Origin: Neophaeotheca triangularis
Taxonomy: Eukaryota
Assembly (NCBI GenBank): GCA_054600435.1
Contig: BAAIJX010000014.1
Coordinates: forward strand, 1-64,000
Length of the DNA stretch: 64,000 nucleotides
Direction of reading: 5' to 3'
The notes under the pieces are model-generated. The model did no database searches. It worked only from the letters and a program-made list of their open reading frames with translations, and was not told where the DNA came from. Every line of letters starts with the position of its first letter. The first letter of the stretch is position 1. The translations under genes and the position numbers were made by a program. Of the stretch, positions 23,042-35,296 are shown one piece after another.

Positions 23042-24511
23042 CTTGCGGGCGGTCTCTGGATTCTCGTTGTCGGGATGAGATTGCCGTCTGGCGCTGGCGA
23101 ACGCTTTGAGGCGTTCGAAGCGGCTTAGTTCGATGGGAATGTACAATAGTCTGTTGGGTGAACGGTTAGTCACATGCTTTGATGCGGAGCCAGCGCTGGT
23201 ATAGTGAGGAAGCTCTTACTTTTCGCTCGGGTAAAGGCGAAGGAACATGTGTTCGCAACGACAATGGATGTCGTCGTATTAGTGATGGATGTCCGTCCAG
23301 CGGGCAAGCAGTAACTCGTAGATGATATCGCGAAGTCTGGCAAACGGATGTGGCAGTTTTGATCAAAGAAGATTAGGCAGAAGCGCCGGCGCTGGTGTCA
23401 GGTAAGTACGTAGCAACTGGCAAAGAAAGAGGGAGTGAGAGGGAGAAACAGATTATGGAAACAAGGGAAGGTCCACAGCCTCTCGAAGGCTATGGAGACT
23501 TCCTGTCGCTTAACAATAGCAATGAAGGGGACAATACTGGACAATGGCAGAAAAGGAAGAGAATACGGTAGAGACAGAGGATGGGGGAGGGCGAGAAAGG
23601 CTTCACTTGGTCTGTTTGGGTGGCAGCATCGGCAATGACCATTTTTGGCGCACTCTTCCATTGTTGCCACAATATCACCGCGCAATTCTCGCGTACTCTC
23701 TAACTTCACTTGAATCTCCAGGCTCCGTGTACGACCATCTCGTTAGCAGCGTGCTCGCTGAAACATTCTCCAGGTCCATGCGATCTTGGGTAGGCGGCTC
23801 TATTGGGGATCAAAGAGGCCTGCAGGCTTCTGGTTCAGGCTTGATTTGTTTTCCGTTGCAGGTGATTGCTTGCTGCGTGCCGTTGTGCATTGCCCGGGTA
23901 TCAGAATCCACGCATCAAGTGAAGTTGATTGGGGTCCGTTAGTTGTTCGGTGCACGGGGCGGCAGATTGACGCGCTGCTTGATGTTTCAGATTCGAGTGA
24001 ATATGATTGGCTTTGGAGGTTCCGCGCTAGTAGGCGTCCGTTTTTTGAAAATCAGAGAGCTCTCAAGAGCAAGCTGACTCTAGTTTCGTGGCACAACCTT
24101 GACGTGCTGGGACTGCTTCATATTCGCTGGTAAGAGGTCTAAAATTTGGATATCTAACCAGCTCAGATCTTCTTGGCTTTAACAACTTGATATTGCGAGT
24201 CCGCCGCCACATTGGTCGTCGTGGGGGACGCCGTTGCTTTGAGGCCTGAGGGAGGCTTGAGCGGTCAAAAAAGTTGTGAGGTCGCCGGGACCAATGAGTT
24301 TTAGCATTTCGTCGGCAGCGCAGCGCCACGTGAGGCTCTCTACATGTCGATTGAACTGCTAGAGCAAGCAGCAAAGCTTCAAAACATCTAAACGCACTGT
24401 AAGCGATCGCTATCGAAGCCAACAATAGCGAGGCCCATTCGAATTGACCCTTCATCCCGCGGAACATCAACACCTCCCCACTCCTACAGACCCCCTCACG
24501 CAGGCAAAACC

Positions 24512-25377
24512 TCAAGACATATCCAGCACAAAAGCCTTAATCCTCCGATTCCTCTCCCTAGTCCTCTCGCGATCCTCCCTCCTCGCCTCTCTTACCTCTT
24601 CAGCAAACTCCGCCTCCTCCCTCTCAAGAGCCTCCCCCAAACCCGCCTCCGCAACCTCCAACTCCCTCAAAGCCTCCCTAACCTCCTTCCCCTCCACCAA
24701 ATCCAACCCGGCAGCCCCAATAGCCCCCTCCACCTCCCCCAACTCCCTCTGCAGCTTGCCAAGCAAAAGCGACCGCTTCTCGACACTCCCGCGAAAGAGC
24801 GCCATGATTTGCCCGAGCGTCGCGGTACGAGTCTCAGTCTCGCCGTTAGGGAGCGCTATTTGCAAATCGAGAGCTTCCGAGGCCATGGAATGGGCGAGGG
24901 AGTTTTCGAGCTCGGCAGTTTGTTGGTCTTGGGCGTCCGAGTCGGGGGTCGCAGCGTGGAGGAGGTCGAGGAGGTCTTGGTGGATGGGGGCGAGTTGGGA
25001 GATGGTGCTGCCGGCGGCTGCGATGCGGTAGGTTGTTGTGGTTTCTGGGGGTGGGTGGTTGAGTTAGGGTTGGGGAAAGTTGGGAGAAGGGAGACGGATG
25101 GTGTACTTTTGAAAGAGGTGAGCATGGGATGCTCGGGTCGGGTCTTGCGGCTGCGTTTGGTCTTGTCTGGACTGCTCGGGAATTTACCGACTTTGCTGTG
25201 CTTGGATGAGGTGTGAGCCTTGTCGCGCTGCATGAAGAGGCCGGCGATGGATTTTGATTTTGGCTTTTTCTTGCTTGTCGCTGGACGGATGTTCTCCTTA
25301 TCCACAGTCGCGTCCGCGGTGCTGTGTTTGTTGGGTTTCGCGAACTGCTTGCCTGGTACTTGACGTGTTCTTGCCAT
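24512..25377 (-). CDS. Hypothetical protein (267 aa) with a basic N-terminus and coiled-coil C-terminus; intron 25045-25106
   Basis: A phase-1 GTACAC..CTAAC..CAG intron joins ORF 24856-25551 to ORF 24512-24886 in frame. Confidence 0.65.
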
Positions 25378-25720
25378 GGCGCGAAAGAGAGGACGTGAGT
25401 GATCTTGATGCTGTGTCTTGTCCTTGTATGTAGCTGGATGTTTTGTCAGGGTTGCAACTGGAAAAGCTCGAAAGAAGTGAGGTGAGGTGAGGTCGGCTTC
25501 ACAAGCATGAGAAAGGGAAGGAACGACAAACCCGCAAAGCGTACAGCCCACACGTGACTTTGAACTTCACCTCAACTACGTACCATTGTAGCACACGCTC
25601 TTCATGTTGAATGAGTATATGTTACAACAACAAAACATCCAATGCCATCTTTATGCAACGCCTACGCTCAATATACAGCATATGCGAACTCCAAAAACTC
25701 CAGGAAGCAAGTACTTCTCG

Positions 25721-27296
25721 CTACGCCTGCTGCGCCTGGCCCTGCCGCAAAGCCAACAGCGCTCGTACATCGGTCGCATATTGCAAGCCTTCCAAGAAAG
25801 GCACCAAATGCAGTAGATCCATATCCGTTGGGTCAGATATCCAGCCCTCGATGGGTATCGCGTTGTCTTCAAGCAAGTTCACATCAGCAGCGGCGACAGA
25901 TCTTCCTGGACGACAGGCACTCACCTTCATGAAAAATGTAGCTCATCGGACTATTATCCAAAATCATAACGCGACTCAAATCCGGCTCTACTTGCGCCAG
26001 ATCCTTAATGTACGCTCCGTTGCGAAATGTACAGTGCTGCCGGTAATACCTGCCGGAAAAGTACTTGCGCTCGCGCTCCAGCCAGTCGATGACTGGGTCC
26101 GCGTACTCTTGCACGCTTGCCGTGAAGACGACGAGGTTGTACCATTTGCAAACTTTACGCAAGAAGTCGTGGCAACCCGGTCGCTCGTGGACGTAGTAGA
26201 GGATTGGGACGCCGGAGAGGGCCGAGGGATATGAGGTCGTTAAGCGCACTTCTACCATGTGCCCGGTTGACATGCGGCCGCCTTTGGCCATGGAATGGAT
26301 TAGGGTCTCGTCGAGGTCTATGATGAGGGTCTTCTTCGCCGGGAGGTAAGTTTCAGGTGAGACGTAGGTAGGGAGCGCGTATGAGGGCTGTCGGCGGGGT
26401 ACTAAAGGCCGAGGGGCAGCGGGTAGGCGTGGGTAGCGAGTGAGTTTGGAGCTGGAATTTGTCGATGGCGATGAGGGTGATTTGAGAGCTGTTGCGACGG
26501 CTGCCACATCGTCAGGGTGCGCGTTGGAGGAGCGTTTCTTGTCCGCGCTTTTCTGAGCTTTACGTTTCCGCAGAGCTTCATCGCTGCTACCCAACTTTAT
26601 TCGGATGGATTTCTTTTGGGGGTTGATCTCGTCTCTTTCTTGCGCGGCGGCTGTTCGTGAACGCGTGTGCCGGGCGGGACTATCTTCTCGTTCATTTCCA
26701 ACTTCTCCATCGGACGTCTCTATCGAAGTGGAAGATGCTACACTGTCGACCGAGGGTGATCTTCGTTTAGGTTTGCGACGCGCTCCTGTTTCCCTTTCCA
26801 GCTCCTCTTTCTCAGATAGCCCCTCCATGCCGCCTGCTTGTGTTATGGGTCTTCGTCTCCGGCGAAGCAGCAAGTTCTTGACAGCTCTAAGCGGCAAGAT
26901 GGCTGAGAAGTGGCCCTCTTCGTCGTAAAAGGACGCTACGACATATCTCCCCGGAGCGGCGATTGCAGTAAACACGACTGCAAGACCATGCGACAATGCC
27001 TCTGCGACCCTTCGAGGAATACCCCAAACGCGACTCGAGCGCGAGGACTGCTGGAAAGCATCGTTAGAACCCTCCCCAAGCAACGGCGACTTCTCATCCA
27101 TTTGCGCATCGCCTTCGTCTTGCATTCCTGTCATGTCGTCGTCTCCTAGCTTCTCTGAAAGCTCCCCCGTATCAACGCCATATTCCTCTGCGTTCTGTTT
27201 TGAGGGGTCGAGTTCTGCCTGGGATGCGCTCCGCGATCGGGGGGGACTCGGCGGCGGCGTAGTCGTGAGACCAGAGAGAATGTTGAGACTGTTCAT
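25721..27296 (-). CDS. NEM1: Nuclear envelope morphology phosphatase Nem1 (NIF/FCP1-like HAD); intron 25867-25924
   Basis: 'DLDETLIHS', 'VFTASVQEYADPVIDWL', 'ILDNSP' and spliced 'HEDNAIPIEGWISDPTD'. Confidence 0.92.
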
Positions 27297-28032
27297 GGCT
27301 CACGGCATGGGCGTGACTACGTCTAAAGCGAATGACTGGGTTGGGAAAGGGTGTTTTGGTCTATCAGATGCGTTTGTTCAAAGGAAGCTCGCGACGTCGA
27401 CTGTTTCGGATGACGGAGGGCTGGAGGAACTCGGTTGGATTCGGATTCGGATGACTGACTGGGACGCGGCGGTCGAGGACTAATGATTGACGTTCGAGCC
27501 CGAAGGCAGAGGTATAGCCGGAAGAGCCGTGTCTGTTTGTATGTAGGCAGCGATAGGTTGTAGGTTGTAGTAGTAGTCGTAGTAGTATAAGGTAACCTGA
27601 TAGCAGTAACTGACTGGTTGGCTGCTTGCTTACGTGGGGGCGAAGCTGAAAGTCGGGGAGAGCTCGGACCGCTTTGGCTTTCGCATTCACCTTCCAATGC
27701 CTTGAAAATTATTGGCATCAGACAAAAAGGACTTGTTGAAACCAACGACCAAAGCCAGACAGCCGCGCGAACAAGGAGCAAGCCAACCGCTAGGCTAACA
27801 AGCGGATCCCTCATCGCATTCACACGCCTTCCACGGAACTCTCCCGCCGCCCGAGGCTTCAGCCCAGGACCATTCCATATCCCTTGACTCACCCCGTAGC
27901 AAAGGATTCAGCTGGCCGAACGTACGACGAACAGTCGCAGCAGACTACTCGATAGAACCGTCAAGCGAAAGAGACTCGACCAGCCCAGTCGTCTCTCCCC
28001 CTCCCCCTCAACTGAAGACGACACGCGACGAC

Positions 28033-29523
28033 ATGGCCCCCTCAGCCGTAGGCCGGACGCCTTCACTGTCCACTTTCCTCAAATCGCTCAAGCACAGCAA
28101 CATCGAAACCTCCATTGAACTGTTGGTCTCCCTACTCAAGCGTCGACAAATCAAGAATTCCCGCCCATGTGCAATCGCCACCTCCCAGCTGCTTCTCCGG
28201 GTCGTCGCAAACTCCAAGACTCGCGATGCTCAGACTCTCATCCAGCGCGTACGTGATGTAGGCCGGAAGCTTGTATCCGCTCAACCGCGAGAGATGGCAG
28301 TCGGCAACATCGTACGCAGAGTGCTCGGCGTCGTGCGCGAAGTCGCGGAGGAGGATCAGGACGCCGTGGCCTCCGATGTGTCCCCCAGCCCGGCAGGCGG
28401 CCAACACGGCCCTCACGATTCCCTTACTAGACCGCAACTCTCCTCCACCATCTCCAGCTTTAGTCCACTCCACCAGTCAGCTGCTCTTCCACACGATCCG
28501 AACGTCCGTCCTGCAAGTAGCTCCGCCAGCGATGTCTCCCAGCAACTCGAAAGCCTAGACATTTCAAACCAACGCCCACACTTGGCAACCAATGCATCCT
28601 ACACCCAAGCCCCGGCAGGTTCTCTCTTCGGCATCTTCCAGAACCCTACCGGCGCTTCCCCAATGGGTACACCACCAACGGGTACGCAATCTCCCGTCCC
28701 GAAGCAAAACAGCAGCAGTGGCGGCGGTGGCAGCGGGCAAGCCACCCCCCGCAAAGACGCCAGCGAACGCAAAGAAAAACTCGACATCAAAGCCGAAGTC
28801 ATCGATGGCATTAAAGAACTCATCGACGAGCTCGAAGTCGTCGACAGCCAAATCGCCGAGTCGGCGCTAGACCACATCCACAGCAACGAAATCATCCTAA
28901 CCCACACGTCGTCCCAAACGGTGCAAAAGTTCCTCATGACAGCCGCCCGCAAGCGCAAATTCACCCTCGTCTACGCCGAAGCCTACCCCAACGACCACCT
29001 CGACACACACGCCACCATCGTCAACGGCGCGCGCAAAGACGGCGCCGACGCCGACGACGACGAGCGCTGGAAACCCCTCACCAGCATGGGCATCACCGTC
29101 ATCATGATCCCCGACTCGGCCGTCTTCGCGCTCATGTCGCGCATCAACAAAGTCATCCTCGCACCGCACGCCGTGCTCGCAAACGGCTCCCTCGTCGCCG
29201 CCGCCGGCGCAACCACCATCGCCCAAGCCGCCAAACACCACCACGTCCCCGTCGTCGTGCTCAGCGGTGTTTACAAACTCAGTCCCGTGTATCCGTTCGA
29301 TATCGACGAGTTGATCGAGTACGGCGATCCGAGCAAGGTTGTGCCTTTCCAGGAGGGCGCTTTTATCGATGGCGTCGATGTCGTCAATCCGCTTTATGAT
29401 TACGTTGGCGCGGAGTTGGTGGATTTGTATATTACGAATCTGGGCGGGCATGCGCCGAGTTATCTTTATAGAATCGTGGCTGATCATTATCGGAATGAGG
29501 ATATTGATATTATGGCCAAGTAA
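28033..29523 (+). CDS. GCD7: Translation initiation factor eIF2B beta subunit
   Basis: 'AQPREMAVGNIVRRVL', 'HIHSNEIILT', 'IPDSAVFALMSRINKVIL' and 'GGHAPSYLYRI'. Confidence 0.93.
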   Translation: MAPSAVGRTPSLSTFLKSLKHSNIETSIELLVSLLKRRQIKNSRPCAIATSQLLLRVVANSKTRDAQTLIQRVRDVGRKLVSAQPREMAVGNIVRRVLGVVREVAEEDQDAVASDVSPSPAGGQHGPHDSLTRPQLSSTISSFSPLHQSAALPHDPNVRPASSSASDVSQQLESLDISNQRPHLATNASYTQAPAGSLFGIFQNPTGASPMGTPPTGTQSPVPKQNSSSGGGGSGQATPRKDASERKEKLDIKAEVIDGIKELIDELEVVDSQIAESALDHIHSNEIILTHTSSQTVQKFLMTAARKRKFTLVYAEAYPNDHLDTHATIVNGARKDGADADDDERWKPLTSMGITVIMIPDSAVFALMSRINKVILAPHAVLANGSLVAAAGATTIAQAAKHHHVPVVVLSGVYKLSPVYPFDIDELIEYGDPSKVVPFQEGAFIDGVDVVNPLYDYVGAELVDLYITNLGGHAPSYLYRIVADHYRNEDIDIMAK

Positions 29524-29903
29524 GTAGAGGTGGGGGCTTGCGTTGGGGGAAAGGCGGAGAGATGGGAGTGGTTTCAGATTCGGGCAGTGGGATGCTCAAT
29601 GACATACAAGATGCGCGTAAGCTACTCTACACCTCGTGGTATTTCGAATTTCAGGCTGTTTTGTAGCGCTCTTATTCCCTCGTGTCATCGCTCAAGCCAA
29701 CATCCTCCTCAACGGACCGGTGTTACCAATTAGGTATCCCCACGGGTGATTGAATAGATTAAAGAGGCAATCCAATGGAGAACCAATATGCACTGGCTCG
29801 ATTAAACGACACCTACATCCTAGTCCATTGCCTTCGTATAATTCATGCCATCGTATACCCATCTCATAGCCGCCTCAACATGCCCTTCCATCTATCAATC
29901 CCC

Positions 29904-30776
29904 CTACCCAACAAGCACCCCCAAATACTCCGCCTTCCCCCCAGCCGCCCCCTCCAACTGCGGCCACTGCACAATAAACCTATCCACAACCCTCCCCAAC
30001 AGCCTCCCACTCAAACTCGGCCTCTTAACCCTAGCCCAGCTCTCCACATACACCGTGCGCAACTTCCCCCTCGCACTACACTGCTTGTAGTTAAAAAACC
30101 TCAACACGACCGCAACCGCACACACCACCACCGCCGTTGCAGGCCCATTGCAAAGAATAACATCCGGCACATCCGCAGCCTGGCCCTCAACTCTCGGCTG
30201 CGCATGCAGTTGCGGTTTCAGCGGCTCCGGCGGCAGCATGGACACGAGCATCTCCCAGGCGGCGAGAAAGCTCTTGACGCAACTCCACGGCGTCGTGGCC
30301 AGGGGCTGGTGGATATCGCGCGCTCGCGGCAGTTTGCGCACCGTCCAGCTTCCCGGTCCGACGTCCGTGGCTTTCTTCACTTTGCCCGCCATCAGGCCCT
30401 CTTGCCCCTGGTCGCTCAGGCTGGTGGTGAAAGTCTCAAAGTCGTGCGCGCGCGTCGCGGAAATCGCGTCGTCCGTGCCCGTGACCCAGGTGCGGTGGCT
30501 GTAGTCGCGCCAGTCGAGACGGAGGGCGTTGCGTTCCGAGGGGGTGTTGGCGAGTTTGGTGGGTGGGTCCACGGCTTTGTGCAGCATGGAGAGCATTTCG
30601 GTTGTGTGGCCGCCGCTGCCGAGGATTATCATTAGGTGGGTTGGTTCGGAGGGGTTGCGGCGGCCGTGGCGGAGGGGTTTGTTGCGGCGGTAGCGGAGGG
30701 TGCTGCGGAGGCGGAGGAGGGTGAGTGGGATGGCTAGGAGGAGGATGGTCGTGAGGAAGAGGGTTAGGAGGGCCAT
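29904..30776 (-). CDS. ALG14: UDP-GlcNAc transferase subunit Alg14
   Basis: N-terminal TM; 'LGSGGHTTEM', 'PRARDIHQ', 'CNGPAT', 'YVESWARV' and 'FIVQW'. Confidence 0.93.
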   Translation of the reverse strand: MALLTLFLTTILLLAIPLTLLRLRSTLRYRRNKPLRHGRRNPSEPTHLMIILGSGGHTTEMLSMLHKAVDPPTKLANTPSERNALRLDWRDYSHRTWVTGTDDAISATRAHDFETFTTSLSDQGQEGLMAGKVKKATDVGPGSWTVRKLPRARDIHQPLATTPWSCVKSFLAAWEMLVSMLPPEPLKPQLHAQPRVEGQAADVPDVILCNGPATAVVVCAVAVVLRFFNYKQCSARGKLRTVYVESWARVKRPSLSGRLLGRVVDRFIVQWPQLEGAAGGKAEYLGVLVG

Positions 30777-31878
30777 TGTTGGGGAGATTGATGTTGATTG
30801 GATGGAAGGTGGGGTTTGGGTTCACTTGTCGAGGTGTACAGATATTGGCCTACGGACCATGGTGAAGAAAAGGGAGGAGAGGGAGGAGGAGGAGAAGCGC
30901 GGGGGAGGTCGGGGTGGTCTTTATGGTTTGGCAAGGTGTACAGAGAGCCCAGTTGTCAGAGCTTGGTATCGGAGAATGGGGAGGTCCGACATGGCTTTCA
31001 CATGCATTGGATTTGAACCACACCTAATCGAGATGGAGCTGCCCGGGCCGGCGCATGGCATCTGCATCAAGATTGCCGATAGAGTCTGTGCTTTAGCTAT
31101 ATTCTCCGAGGGCGTCTCTACGTACGGGTGAGGGTTGGAGTTGGAAGTAATATCACCGACTATCGAACCTGACCTACATGAGAATATACTGTACCTAGGT
31201 AGGTGCGGAGTCTTGCGAGGATGATATGGACACTTTAGGTGAACATCTTCACATTGGACAGCGATGCTGCTACTTAACGTTGCCATCTTTCGAACATCTT
31301 TATCTCGGAGGGAAAAGTGGCGAAGACGACTCAAACTGTGAAAATAGAAGTGATTATACATATTCTACATGATATACATTCGTATTAATTGAGTAGAGTA
31401 CAAGAGTTGGCCGCAGCCCATCCAATCCGCTATACCGCCGCTCCTCCTAGAAGGCAGTGCGATCTTGAGTGATTGTAGTGAAGTCGGCGCATTAGGTGTC
31501 TCAGACGTTTCTCGGTCCAATTATGGCTCCGGCATTCTATGTTCATCCTGCGGCGGCGATTCGAGTCCCTAGATCCAGCTTCAGGCAATGGGTCGCGACC
31601 ACGGAGTGAAACGCCCTCGACTGAATGCAAAACGCTCGATTGATGTGAAGCCCTCCTTCGATAGAATTCGCTTCGCACCAGTCGCGAGGACCACGCACGT
31701 CGAACGACCTAGAGCAAGTCCATTTGCGGTCTTACAATGGGTTCGCGTGTACCCTCTCTTCCATGGTTCGACTAAGAACCTATGACCGCGTGACTGCCTC
31801 TTTACGACCGCGCTGCTTCCATGTACTGACCCGACGAATTTCTGCAGCACAAAAGCGACCATCGAACCGTCTCCTTAT

Positions 31879-32688
31879 TCACACGCCCCCAAAAGCCTTC
31901 GCAGCCCTCATCCTAACCCCCTCCCAACTATTCACCTTGGGCCTAACATCCAAATGAAAACTCAGCCCTCCCATCCCTTTCCCTTGATAAAAATCAATCA
32001 CATACTCCACCCTCTCCCCACAACGATCAACAACCCAATCATGCCGATCAAACGGCCTCTGATACCCCTTAACCCACATATTCCAAACCGCCCTGGGTGT
32101 CAACTTCTTGCTATCGCCGCTGAAAGACACCAACTTGGGACCTCCACACTTGTCCGCCAAACGCCCCTCCCAGTCGAGAATCTGCGACCACGCTCTCTCG
32201 TTGACGGCGTTGTGGATGGGCACGATGCTGCCCATGTCGCTGGTCTGCGGGGCGTGGCCCTTGCGCTCCATGGCTTTGAAGAACATTTCTTGCGACGGGT
32301 AGATCCAGTTGCCGCTGGCGGCGTCGTGGCCTGTGTCGCCTTGGGAGTTGGCTGGGGGGAGGGCGGCGCGCTCGGCGTGGTTTAGAGAGGTTGGATCGGC
32401 GTTGGGGAAGGCGCGGGGGATGGTGGAGATTTCGCGGTCGGTGGAGAGGCGGCGGAGTTTGGGGGGGCGGGATTCGGGATTCTGTTGGGAAAGTGGAGGA
32501 GGAGATGGGGCCTGCCATCGTCCTGTGTCGAGGGAGTAACGGAGGCTCGAGGGTGTTTTAGGTCGAGGGGCGTTTTGAGGCGTGGCGGCTTTCTGCTGGT
32601 CTTTTGCTCTAGCTGCCTCGAGCCATTTCTCCCGAGTCTGGTGATCGACTGGGCATTTTGCTTCTGGATCGTCACTCTCACTTCTCAT
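31879..32688 (-). CDS. CYT2: Holocytochrome c-type synthase, most like cytochrome c1 heme lyase
   Basis: Heme-regulatory 'CPVDH', 'NWIYPS..MFF.AM.RKG', 'IHNAVNERAW' and 'PFDRHDWVVDRCG..YVIDFY'. CYT2 versus CYC3 was judged from the N-terminus only. Confidence 0.8.
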   Translation of the reverse strand: MRSESDDPEAKCPVDHQTREKWLEAARAKDQQKAATPQNAPRPKTPSSLRYSLDTGRWQAPSPPPLSQQNPESRPPKLRRLSTDREISTIPRAFPNADPTSLNHAERAALPPANSQGDTGHDAASGNWIYPSQEMFFKAMERKGHAPQTSDMGSIVPIHNAVNERAWSQILDWEGRLADKCGGPKLVSFSGDSKKLTPRAVWNMWVKGYQRPFDRHDWVVDRCGERVEYVIDFYQGKGMGGLSFHLDVRPKVNSWEGVRMRAAKAFGGV

Positions 32689-33040
32689 GTTGGATGTTTA
32701 TGTCGCAAATCCCAAAAGGGCAGTAATGAGGTCAAAATTAAGGTAATGAGCATGGCAAATGCACAAATGACCTTGCAGATCGGCAACGGCGGTCGAGGAT
32801 TTTGCGGGGAAAATCAAACCTCACTCAAACGAAATCTACGAGACCTCTCGTATTGCCTTTTAATCACTATTAAGAAGTTTTATCTATTTCTCATTTCGAT
32901 CACAGCCTGTAATCGATCGAGTGTCCATCACTCATTGAGACTTTTGCTTGCTTCAAAGCAATAAACATGAGCAGGTCCTCATACATGCTTGGCAAAATTA
33001 CAATCAGGTTCGTTAAAGAGCTATGTAGTTGTATCTTATC

Positions 33041-35296
33041 TCAGACTTCAACTTCTCGCCCATCCATCCGTTCGAGAGCCCGTTGCTCATCCGCAGTCGG
33101 CTGATTGCTAGGTGGAGGTACTACTGCAGTGGCATTCGTTGCCGTGACACCGGTCATGCCCCATGCCTATACGGGAATGTCAGCAAGATACAATCGGACT
33201 AGCCAACGACGTCTATCTCTGCTCACCTGAGATCCCAAATTCTTCACGACAAGACTAAACACAGCCATGCTCATAAACGGAGAGATCAAGCGGTTGATGC
33301 AAAATCCGCCCACAAGCTTGTACCATTGACTCCGCAGATGCTTGTTCAGAAACAGCATCGCGAACAGGAACCAAGTGGTTGGGGTGAAAACTACCACCAA
33401 AGCCGGAAGGAGCTTGACGATGCTGAACTCGTCGGTCGCGAGGCCATACAAGAAAAGAGCCGTGTTGAAAACGCGGTAGAACACCATTGTAGCTCGGATG
33501 ATTTCTATTGCTGCCGCGATGCGAGTGATGACAATCATGTGCGCGCCGCCAAGGTACCAGTAGTTGTTGAAGTAGGCATTGCTTCCCCATCTGCGGCGTT
33601 GGCTCAGGTAATGCTTGACGCTCTGGGGTGCGACTGTTTCTGAGCCGGCTTCTGGTATGAAGAGAGTACGGAGATGACTCCCCTGTGACAGCATTGAGTA
33701 TGTCAATCGACGGTCTGTTCCGAGATACTGCACTTGATGGCGCATCACGCCAAACGAAGTCACCGGCTTGGCATACTTTGAGATCGCCCCGGCCATCTCT
33801 GGCCTCACGGACGTCATTGTGATGCAGCCTGGCAAGCAAGTAACTTTTCCAATGTAGTGTTCGGCTCCTCGGCGCACAATCTGACCAAAGGAGTACTGAA
33901 ATTGCTGGTACAAATTCCACATGGACCATTCTTTCCCGGGCTCGAATTCCACATAGACAAATCCGCAAGCCCCAATGCAGTTGGGGTCTGCCAGGCAGGC
34001 ATCGGCGAGCTTTGCGAGGGCGCCGCGGTGTATTGTCGAGTCAGCATCGGTACAGAACATGAGGTCGAAACCCTCGAACCCTTGTGTTCGGGTCAAGTGA
34101 GGTATGATGTTGGACCAGATCTCTTCGCGCAGCCGCAGAGTATCGAGGTCGATTTCGGAGCGCGGGTAGTTGAAGAGGTCATAACACAGGACAAGTGAAT
34201 CCTTTTTCCCGGCGTTGAGGACTTTTTCGATGCAGATGACTGGCATGTCTTCAATAAACCCGGCATTGATCCTGAGGGTCCCGACTTTGTATTTGAGGTT
34301 CAAGTAATCCCTCTCGAAAGAAGCCACAATTTTGGTCATGCGGTCTTGGATCGGTCTTGACTTTCCATCAAGGATGACGCAAAAGACTTGTTTGTGGTCT
34401 CCCGTGTCGTTGTCCCGCAATGAGTACATGGACTTGACGATTTGTTCCTCTGATTCAGAGTAAGCTGGAATCAGCGAGAGGATCCAGGAAGACTTCTTGG
34501 CCGGCGCCTTGACGAAGAGAGACTTGCCCCCGTAGTAAAGCCGGAAGTAGATCTGGATCAAAACGGAAAGGAAATCTTTGCTCTTAAAGAACAAGATTAG
34601 GATAAGAACCCAAAGACCCGATTCGTGAACTCCAACGAGGACCATCGGAAGTACGTTGAGGGCCAATATGATGCTCCCGAATAGTACGCGCTGCAAAAGC
34701 AACTCCGGCTTTGTCAGCTTTCGGACCGGTGTAGGAGGCGCCTCTTTCCTCGCCAGACCAAGTTCGATGTCAATGTCTGCGTTCGCGGTCGGGGGATTTT
34801 GAGACGCGTCGTTGGCGACATGTATGCTGTTCCTCCCGTCCGTAGGGTCATCAGGCACGATCGAAGACTGGTATGAGCCTGCAGAAGCTTGAGACCTCCC
34901 GGACCGTCGCAACCGAGCATCGCCTTGATTTGTGTCCCTTTGCTCTGTTTGAGTTGTAACAGCGGCGGGAAACGAGGATGGACGTGGTTGATGGACGTTT
35001 CGTATACGCCCACTCAAGCGCTGTTGACTGGCTGTAGAATCCGCGGCGACTACGTTTGTGGTATCAGATTCATCGTCTTCTGCATGCTTCTCGCTTGGAA
35101 TACCGTCGCTCTCTAAGTCGTTGCGCTGGTCCTCGTCATTTCGTCCCCGGTCGCTTTCCTTCTCTCCAAGCTCCAACGAGCCTTGCTCATCGGCAGCCAT
35201 AAATGCACTCGATAGTAGTTTTCGTGGGTGGATAGCGGGCTGTGATTGTGTGTTGGTGGAATCGCTCAGGGATGGTCGCGAAAGAGGTCTCGTCAT
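33041..35296 (-). CDS. Atypical chitin-synthase-like GT2 processive glycosyltransferase; intron 33167-33226
   Basis: 'IPAYSES', 'ILDG', 'NAGKKDS', 'CTDADS', 'QQFQY', 'VTCLPGC', 'GTDRRLT', 'QRRRW' and spliced 'SQ/AWG'; TM helices on both sides of the catalytic core. Start ATG is 35296 or 35200. Confidence 0.88.
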
